From Bacteroidia bacterium (GTDB lineage: Bacteria; Bacteroidota; Bacteroidia; M30B66), in contig CBDIHM010000003.1 of assembly GCA_965279035.1 (NCBI GenBank), positions 32,001 to 96,000 on the forward strand: a DNA stretch of 64,000 bases, read 5' to 3'. Every line of letters begins with the position of its first letter. Positions within the stretch are counted from its first letter, which is position 1. The position numbers and the translations under genes were made by a program. Positions 55,021 through 64,000 of the stretch are shown piece after piece. The notes beneath the pieces are model-generated. The model was not told where the DNA came from. It worked only from the letters and a program-made list of their open reading frames with translations, and did not search any database.

Positions 55021-55721
55021 CTTGTGCACTCGATATGTTCAGGGGCGTCGTACACTGTGAATTCCACGTATTCTGAGCTCAATCGAAGTTCAGAGTGCCA
55101 AGTTCTTGGACCTTTCTTTCGTCAAACACGGCTCAGGGCTTTTACAGAACCTTGGAGTTTTTGTATGTGCCCCTTAGGGGATTTGGAAAAACATAGGTTT
55201 TGACCTGGTTGAAATTCACTCATTAGAAAATGCCACTTTAATCCCTTTTCCACTGTACTTGTTCTGATGCTAGCACACCACAGCTTCAAGATGTTCTGCG
55301 CCGTTGACTTTCCAACAGGTTTCATGATGCCAGCATGGTCCCATTTAAATTTCAAATCCCAAATCCCAAGTTGGGGCCGATTGCAAGGAGCACGTCTTCG
55401 TATGATTTTCAAATTTGGCAGCTTAGTGCCACACAGTCCGTTGGACATGCAAAGGCGGACCTCTCAGTGAGTGCTCCAAGGTGTTCCACATTCTTGGACA
55501 TTAATGCATTATCTACACGAAATACTGGCCATGTCCTTTGTAGCAGCGCTTGTCAACAAAGCTGCAGCTGGTCTTCAACAAATTTGTTGGTTTAAACCAA
55601 CCCAGCGTCCGATACTCAACGGTCAATATTTTCCCCTGCTTTCCTCCTTGTCTTCATCTTGCTTCTCATGCAACCACTGAACAACATTTTTTGAGAACTG
55701 CACTGGGATCTCAGAGACACT

Positions 55722-57940
55722 CTAATTGCCTTCCACTGTGCAGTGCTCCACCCAGCCGGTCTTGACGCACTTCACTCGCGGACGCTTTGGCTTTGGCATA
55801 TCCGGCTGCACCTCAGACGCCGCTTCCAGCCACCAGGGCTTGTTTGCTTCTGCCCTCGGCCTTCTCATCCGCGCTTTGATCAGCACCCATTTCACACCAA
55901 AGACGCCCCATTTTGCAGCACCAATCACACAATACCTTGCCGCCCTGCCCACAGCGCAGCCTGTGGCGCTCACATTCCTGACAGTGACCACCAGAACCGG
56001 CCGCGAGCCGGGATTCGCAAAGTGGAAATCCGCCATTGCAGCGCCGACCGCCACTGAAATGACCAGCGCGCTGAACTCGGCATTCGTGCGCACAATGCCT
56101 GCTCTGATTGCCAGCTGGCTGGCTGCGCAATATGCATCAGCGGCAGCTGCCAGGATTTTGTTGCGCGGCCTGGGTTCCTCTGGAACTGCATCTGGAAGTA
56201 CAATTGGAGCCGGCTGCGCATGAACGGTGCCGGGGATGTCAACTGCCTGGCAGCCGGCGGCTGTGAAGTGGGAGTCGGGGTCGCGCGCCGGCATGCGCTG
56301 GCCGCACACCCAGCAGACGTGCGTGCGGCAGACCGTGCACCTGCAGGGAACCCTCCGATCAGCAACGATGACATTTTATCAAAAGTTTCCCATCAGTCCG
56401 GGGGAGGCCTGACCAACATGATCCTGTTTATTGGCACTCACTGATGGCATGCTGGACAGATAGTCTGAGCAGATCTGACATATTGTTTATTGCGGTCTGC
56501 CAAACAGATTTGGTTCATTGAAGATCCTTTCTCCTTTGAAAGGAGTGCTTTAGCTGAGATTAAATGGGTTCTAGCACCAATCCTCCAAGCATGTGTGACT
56601 GGGACATAATCAGAAATCTGACACATTCCAGGGTAAAGAGAATTATTGGAAACACACTGTAGATGATTGCAGCCGTCAATTTTCTGGAGCCCATTGTTGC
56701 AGGTGGGGCAGCGCACAATCCTATTTGCGGCAGTGTACTGCTGAAAAGCATTGTCCACTGTCTGCTCACCCCTCTGCCTGGTGTAATGGTCACAGCTCAG
56801 CCCGCCATGCCAGGCCACCTGGCATGCCTTGCACCAGGCATGCTCGCGCACGTTGCAGACCAGCATTGGAGCCTCTCCCTCTGCCACACCACAGGTGTAG
56901 TAACCATTATGTTGCACATTGAAGACTTTACAAGAGCCGCATGGAAGACTTTACTACAGCTTGGATGAAGAAGGATTCACAGGTGATGACTCTAAAACAA
57001 CCCAACAGGGAATGCAACGACTGACAACAGCCAGCTATGCACCAGATCGCTGATTCACCTGATCAGTCAAATAGCACAGAGTTTATGTGGGCCGTCTTTG
57101 CTCGAGCAGAGCACTCAAAGTTTAAATTTAAATTTAAGAGCTCACCTGCACAGTCAACGGCTGCTCCGTTGCAGTCTGGCTGGGGGCAGGGTACCATGTC
57201 AGGGCTAAATTGATTCCTGCTCGGACGCTGCACTGCTGATACTGTGCATGCTCCGCTGGAGTGAGAAGCTGTGCCATGTCTGGGTCTAGGCAGCAGCACT
57301 CCTTGCCGGTGCTGGCGGATTGATCATTCAATGGCTAGGTGCATCTGGCGCAGAGTGCTTCACCCCCGGCCTGGCAGATCGGGCAGGGGATGGGCAGGCT
57401 GGAGCCCCTGCAGAGGGATCACAGCATCTGTTGGCTACAGGTGAACCCATGCAGAGCATCTGACAAGACGTGCTCTTCGCAGCAACGCTGTGGGCACAAG
57501 GTAAATACAGAATATGCCATGGACACCTTTGCAGTCTCTAGCCTGCGCAAAGATCAGAATAGATTCTACAGCAACGCGCATGGATAATGCCAGTCCTGCT
57601 GACGGCTTGTACAAGGCAAGGGCTCTGCAGTCTCCCATTTGAAATCTGACCGCCTTTCCTTGCAAAGCTTTCCCCAGACTGATCCACACTGCCAGTAAAA
57701 CAATGTATATGCTCACCTGATGGCCTGGAGCACTGTCTTCCTGGCAGCCTCCCGGCACATGCAGGAATGGCCGCACATGCTGGCTGTGAACAGTTCCTCC
57801 AGGGGGTGATCATCGAGGCAGACTGCGCAGCGAAAGGTACCGCCGCTGTCCTGGGATCCTCCAGGGAGTGTTGCAGGTCCTTGATTTGGTGCTGCCAAAG
57901 TGGTGGGGAGGACATTCTCACGTTTCGTCCTCAGCATTGT
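55722..57940 (-). pseudogene. RBR (RING1-IBR-RING2) E3 ubiquitin ligase with hydrophobic C-terminal tail, disrupted
   Basis: RING1 CAVCLDD...MCGHSCMCREA..IPCPIC; IBR CPQPDCNG...CNVREHAWCKACQVAWHGGLSC; RING2 CPTCNNGLQKIDGCNHLQ|CTVCRTHVCWVC...HF. In-frame TAG 57335-57337 and a frameshift near 57210. Confidence 0.78.
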
Positions 57941-60149
57941 GACCACCTGTAAGCAAAAAACAGCCCATTCAAATCCCAGCATCTTGCACCGTGGCTTCCC
58001 ACAGATATCGTCGAGGGTTTTCGTCTGGAACGGGTATGCATGCGCAAGCAAGGAATGCATTTTGAGAATGGCCCACGTTCTGCTCCAGTAAGACAAGATA
58101 AACTTGCACATCTCAAGCAATCTCTCACGATGCCTTTGAATATGGGCGTTGGAGGTGCATGGAGGAAGCGCTTGCGTCCGAGGTTCGAGTGATGCGGCAA
58201 GATTATTGCAACAAGTACAGCGCACTGTGGCATCGGCCAGTGTAACATTGAATTTTTGACGAGATGCAAGAGCAGCGAAGAGTGCACAGCAGAGAACGTG
58301 TGGATCATCTCCACAGCATCAAAAGTCAAGGAAGAGCTCGCGCCCGGCCGTCTTGAGCGGATCAGTCAATTCAAAAAGTCTCAGTCGATCCTCCCTCACA
58401 AACTTTCAATACTTTTTAAATTGAAGTGTCTGGCCCCTCGTCTGGAAAGCAATCAAGGTAGCTACTCCCAGGTTACAGAAAGGCCGATCCTGCTTGCCAA
58501 GTTGATGAAGCTCTTATCTTAGTGCTTGAGATGTGTCACTGATGATTCCTCTACTTAATTGGTTCTCTTGTGCGTCTTCAAAAGCAACAATGGTACCTTG
58601 AAACGGGTGTCCAATTTCCACTAGGGAGCTGTGCAACATTCCATGCACCCTTGACACGCCTGCGAATAGACCTGCTTAGGTTTTGCTGATATCCAGAGTA
58701 AAGGAAGCTCATGCAACCTGAATCGCAGGGATGTTGGATTTGAAAAAAATGACTGCTTGCCATTACTAGTAGTGGGCAGATTTTAATGCTCCAGTGCGAG
58801 AGTCTGCAAGCTTTGACAAAATTATGGGATTCCTTCGAAGCACTGTGTGCATGCATGTCCGAGCAGCCGCAGTGGTAATTGCCAATCCCTGTGGCACAGC
58901 CAGTGTGATTCCAACCTTTTATAAAACTCCAAATTCCCAACCTCGATGTCAATACTCTTAGCAACCCCAAATAACCAGGGCAGCACACCAGTTGGTCATG
59001 CGGCTAAATCCCACATTCTAAACTTGATCAGCAGATTTACGGCAACTTGCAAACTTGAATGCTTCAAGTTTCCAATTTGTAACACTACTTGAACTTATGA
59101 AGCCCATCACCACACGAGCCTGCTAGGCACAATTTGAAAATTCACCAGCGAGCATGATGTTTGGCGGCATTCCACCACTGGCAGGGCCTGCAAAGCCTTG
59201 CATTGACAGAAGCCACACTGGCCACCTCTATGGGCCGAGCCATCCGGAGCGCTGCACCGCCTGCATCTTTTCTGGCTTGTGTCCGTCAGACACGTCATGC
59301 GCCACCCATCCAGCAACGAACGAGATAACAATCGCCACGCCTATGAAGATGAAGACGTCCAACAGATGAATTTCAGCAGTGTTTCCGTCTTGCCAATTCT
59401 GTGCTTGGGACAATTGTCTTTGCGGATGTCCCAGTGCACTATCAGATTTGGGTGCAATCCCACGCGCTGCTTTTGCATTCGCCGGTACGTCAGGGGGCCT
59501 GTCAGCGAGATGAGCAGGTCATTCAATATGCAGCAGGGTTGCATGCGTAGGCGTTTGGCAGCAGTTTAAAAGTGTGGAGTATCACGTTGACACCACTGGA
59601 ACCCAATCAGGATTGCTAGTGCCCAAACGTACACGGCCAGAAATTCATGCCTTCAACTTCGTCCAATAGCGTCACTGCAAAAGGGCAGAACGTGTATCAT
59701 ACATGCATGCATGATGCTACAATCATCACTCTTCAAATAAAACTTGCAGTCTTGTGTTTTCCAGGTGCCTTCACTTTGTCTGTCCTCAAAATGGTGTAAC
59801 GTTCCCATGAAGAGTAATCTGTAGGGTGCAACCCCTGGACTGGCTCTAGCAGGGAGTTCTACATCTGGACTTATATATATTTACCACCCCTTCTCTCTAA
59901 GCAGAGGGATATGTTGCCTAGGGCTCAAAGCTGGTGTGAAGGATCGTGAGATCCATTCCCGACTCTATCATTTATCTATATCATTTATATATTGAGCTAA
60001 AGCTTCAGTGTGATTGTGGGTATGAGAACACTGAACAGGAGGATTTGTAGAGTGGCTTGCGTTCCTTCACATGAAGGACTTCAGAAGGAGAGCTCTAGAT
60101 TTCTAATCAACAGATACCTTTCAGCTTGATCTCCTTCCTTTGATCCTCA

Positions 60150-63100
60150 ATGACCGCCGTATGGCTAGTCATTGCAGCCTTGGTGCGCACTTCGTTTTCT
60201 CTTAATACTGGATTCCGACTCTGACACAGCCTTCCTTTGGCCGAGGCCTCAACCTCTTCTGATTCTTCTGATAATTAAATGCACATCCTCTCCTACGCTA
60301 TACAGGCAGCGCTGTGTCGCGATGGTATAGCGATAGAATAAGTAGATCCATCGCAGGTCACTCCCAATGGAAACAAGATGAAGCAAACCCTGATGCTATG
60401 TGCGTGCAGGTGGTGCTTCTGACGCTGTTGATGAGGTTTCTCGCCACCTGGTTTGCGAGACACGAGGAGGAAGCGAGCAAGGTGTCAGAGAGGTTCTTTG
60501 TGAGCCCAACATCCTTCCAAAAGGTGCGCACCAGCTGCAGTGTATGCCATCAATCGTGTGACGGTAAGTTTGTCAAATATTTCTGTGCGATTTCTCTCTT
60601 TAATGCAGCAGAATGAAAGATCCAATAGTAGATGCTGGCTGGTGCAGATGCTCGCCCCGTCAGTATTCAGCGAGGCGACCAAGTCCCTGACTATTGTGGT
60701 CCCTGCATACAATGAGGAGGCGCGGCTACCTAGCACCCTGGATGAGACACTTCGGTGAGAACCAAACATGTCCACACTTTTGGGGCTCTTTTTCTTTTGC
60801 ATGCAAGACAATGGGTTTTGACCTAAGGCACCCACGACTTGCCGCTGGTCCGCAAATGCACCATCCTTTTCATGGCATGAGATCATCCAGAGGATGATGC
60901 ACAACATTCTGTCTTGATTCAATGTATTAAGCCTCCTGATGGAACACAAACAGCCCTTTTGATCCATCAGATCTTGAGGTAGCAGCTTTACCTGCCAGGC
61001 AGCTCACATGAAGGCACCTGAAATGAAAGGCACGCATGCACTGCCAGGCCCGCATCAGTCAAGGGATCAGCACTTTGAGTCATGAAAGACAGGACACAGG
61101 CACACAGTGCAGACATCCTGCACTCAAGTAACTTCTTGTTGTGACTCTCTTTTGTGCTGCCAATGCAGGTATCTGCAGGGGAGGCGGGACAGGCAGGGGC
61201 CCAACTTCACGTACGAGGTGATCGTGGTGGACGATGGCAGCATGGACGCCACTGTACGGACGGCATTTGAGTACGTGCGCAAGCACGGCGTGGACGCTGT
61301 GCGCGTGCTGCAGCTGCCGCGTAACTACGGCAAGGTGCGGCGGCGCAATCAACCGCTTCGGGGCTGTCTCAAATTGCGGGTGCAACTTGTGGTTATGTGC
61401 CACTGAAACAGGACCACAGCAAGTAGTGTCAGGGATATCCATATAAACGTGTCGGTTTTCAAATTAGGCAGACAGATTCAGATCACCACAGCTGCTCAGC
61501 TCTGCAGGTCCAAACTACGGCGAGTTCGGCAATGCTGGCATGATTCATCATGGAGGGCATTGTATTTTCGACAGGCTGGCATCTAACCATCCACGACAGT
61601 GTGTACACAGACCAGATGGATGGTCACATTTGCTGTAGTGGGCATGCCTAATGCCACCTTTCACATCAAATAAAGATTAAGATACAAGCCTGTAGGATGT
61701 GTAATGCATGCTGCATGTTGTGGAACAAAAAATGCCGGCGCAGGGCTCATTAAGTCTGGCATTGTTCTAGTTTCAGTGCTCTGTTAAAGATAGTCACTGG
61801 CGGCAACATGCATGGAGTAAAATGCTGTTGATGGCAGGGGACAGGTGCTGTTGTTGCCATGTGAGCCCAGCACCTTTGTCAGTACTGCAGAAGCTCATCC
61901 CCAGTCCAGAAGGAAGAGCGACAGAGCACCAGGAAGGGAGGAAGATCTGAAGGCATGCATTACAGGGGATTCAGCAAACCCAAGCTTTGGGAACCACCGG
62001 TGATCTTGATGATCCAGCACCAGGTGTCAGGAGATAAAAAAACCACCTGTGACACTCTATATGGTGAAGCTACAAAGGCTAAATGCATCCGCTACAGCTC
62101 TGACAATAAACACCCTTCTGCTGCAGGGGTATGCGGTGAAGGCGGGCATGCTGGCGGGCCGCGGCGAGCGCCTGCTCTTCATGGATGCGGATGGTGCCAC
62201 CCGAGTCTCCGACGTGGAGAAGCTGGAAGCAGCGCTCGCCACAATCAGCGGCAAAGGCAAGCTGCAGCCCTCAACTGTGCACTGGTCAAAGCCCCAAAGC
62301 AGCACAGGGGATGTCGCTGCAATGTCCCACTGCCAGTGTGCATGGATGCTGAATATTCAGCTGGCTTATCCTTTAATGTTGTGTACTGTATATTGAGCAT
62401 CTCTGGTTAGGATGTTTGGAATTCATACATACATGGCCGCATGGCTGCATGTTGGGACATGCAACATTCTTTGTGTCAAAGCTGCCATTCTGACACAATG
62501 TGGGGCCACGATCCTCCAATAAGGTGGCACAACTACAGAAGAAAATCATTCGCGTTGGGGTACCAAAACAAATCCCTCTATTGCACACTCCAGGGGCGGA
62601 CAATGGGGAGGGGCCCCCGGTGAGGAGGGTGGACAGAGCGGGGGGCGCGGCGGTGGCGGTGGGTTCGCGCGCGCATCTGGAGGCGGTGGCCATATCGCGG
62701 CGTACCTGGTACCGCAACTTCCTCATGCATGGCTTCCACTTTGTGGTTCTCCTCGTCGCTGGCGGCGCCGTCAAGGACACCCAGTGTGGCTTCAAGGTGC
62801 CTCCTTTTCACTCCTGCAAATCGCTGGATCTGGTGCTTGATCTGCTTCACCTGACATCAAAGGCGAGGACGCAAAGAGATGCCTGGCTTGCTCTGTGGGG
62901 ATCAATAAATGTACCCTCATTCAAGCAGCCGCAGTTCGTTGCCACAGAGCCCTGGACATTTGCTCTCTCTCCCTCGGGAGGATATTTAAGTTCAACAAGT
63001 GCATGCTGTTGCGGCGCGAACTGGCGTGACTTGCTTTCCTGGCAATGTTTCTAGGTATTCTTATGATGTGCATTGCACCAAGAGTGTATCAGAACGGGTG

Positions 63101-63711
63101 ACTTGCACATGGCTCAACGAAAGACCGATGTTCTATTCATGTGGTGATGTTCCCTGCGTGCATGCGCGCAGCTGTTCACAAGAGGGGCGGCGCGGGCGCT
63201 CTACAGCAATCAGCATCTGCAGCGGTGGTGCTTCGATGTGGAGCTCATATTTCTGGCGCAGCGGCTGGGCATCCCCATTGTGGAAACCTCTGTGAACTGG
63301 ACAGAAATTCCCGGTGCGCTCTGTTTTACCTACCAAATATGACAATGGCTGCTGAAATCTCTTGTCTACATTTGTGTGTGATTTTGACGATGGCCTAGTT
63401 TCTACTTCTGTTCTCAACACCACATGGGCTGGCAACCTTGGCTCCGCCTCGTTTGCAGAAGCAGAAGCAGACAGCCCGGCGGTTGCAACAGAGGCAACAG
63501 AAGGAGCGGGTTGGGCCATTCATATGCTGTAGGGACTATACTTGAATTACAGTACAAAACAAAAATTACAAGTATTTGTTCATGGTGCGCAGGATCCAAG
63601 GTGTCCATATCGTCGATAGTCCACATGACATGGGAGATGGCGGCCATCCTGATCGGCTACTCGTGGCTGGGGCTCTGGCATATAAACACCTCGGCGGGGA
63701 TAGCGCAATAG
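60150..63711 (+). CDS. ALG5: Dolichyl-phosphate beta-glucosyltransferase
   Basis: N-terminal TM; SLTIVVPAYNEEARLP; EVIVVDDGS; NYGKGYAVK; LLFMDADGAT; GSRAHL; RNFLMHGFH; DTQCGFKLFTR; WCFDVEL; VNWTEIPGSK; stop at 63709-63711. Confidence 0.95.
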
Positions 63712-64000
63712 GACAGAAGGCTTTCCTGAATGGCAGTTCTGCGCGGCCCAGCGGCCAGCTTGGTACCGCGAACAGTGTTGCAATGTGAAGAGACATGCGC
63801 CTTCTATTTTACTGTATAGAGAATTCCCGGTTCTCTGGGCCAGTAGATCCACCAAGACCTAGTCCTAGCTTAAGGCAGTGAGCTGACCTTAAAAGAGCAG
63901 ACATGCTGCAAGCACTTATAAACATAGACAGCATGCATGTGTGTCTACAATTGGATATCATCTCTGACAAGTAGCTCTTGCCCAGGCACTGGGTAGATTT

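Larger units (their letters stand above)
27211..64000. other. Green-algal (Trebouxiophyceae/Coccomyxa-like) nuclear segment, standard code
   Basis: Abrupt rise to about 50% GC. GC3-rich short exons, 150-800 nt introns with GTGCG/GTGAG donors and TGCAG acceptors, interstitial TTTAGGG-like motifs, plant-type PDR and PHR2 genes. The taxon is an inference. Confidence 0.85.

Noticed and set aside
45785-59413. Stop-codon reassignment or readthrough in the algal half
   Set aside because: Intact PDR and ALG5 exons contain no in-frame stops and end in TGA and TAG. The damaged genes also show a frameshift and a broken acceptor, which favours decay.
59107-59413. Small hydrophobic ORF (LLDVFIFIGVAIVISFVAGWVA)
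   Set aside because: Possibly a gene fragment, but no family is recognisable and its boundaries cannot be supported.
27291-63855. Numerous overlapping 60-200 aa ORFs on both strands
   Set aside because: Mostly intron read-through or antisense frames of GC-rich exons with no recognisable domains.

Overview
The window joins two unrelated eukaryotic nuclear genomes at about 27,210. Bases 1-27,210 are very AT-rich, gene-dense ciliate DNA. TAA/TAG read as Gln and TGA is the only stop, introns are 22-38 nt and intergenic gaps are near zero, which is most like Paramecium. This half carries about 21 genes: trichocyst matrix protein, EF-hand protein, UCH, two papains, tRNA isopentenyltransferase, three kinases, a pseudo-PP2C, EMC10-like, two ML-domain proteins, two RING-TRAF zinc fingers, SEC23, NSUN5, a PX protein and a DH-PX-FERM protein. 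A SNF1-like kinase is cut mid-domain at the junction. Bases 27,211-64,000 are about 50% GC green-algal DNA (Trebouxiophyceae/Coccomyxa-like by inference) in the standard code with long introns. This half holds a 5'-truncated PDR/ABCG transporter, a decayed cluster of RBR/RING2-plus-membrane-anchor ubiquitin-ligase paralogs, a degenerate PHR2-type photolyase gene and ALG5. Most ORFs in the supplied track are artefacts of the wrong genetic code or of introns. Gene boundaries were read by eye and are approximate where introns are involved.
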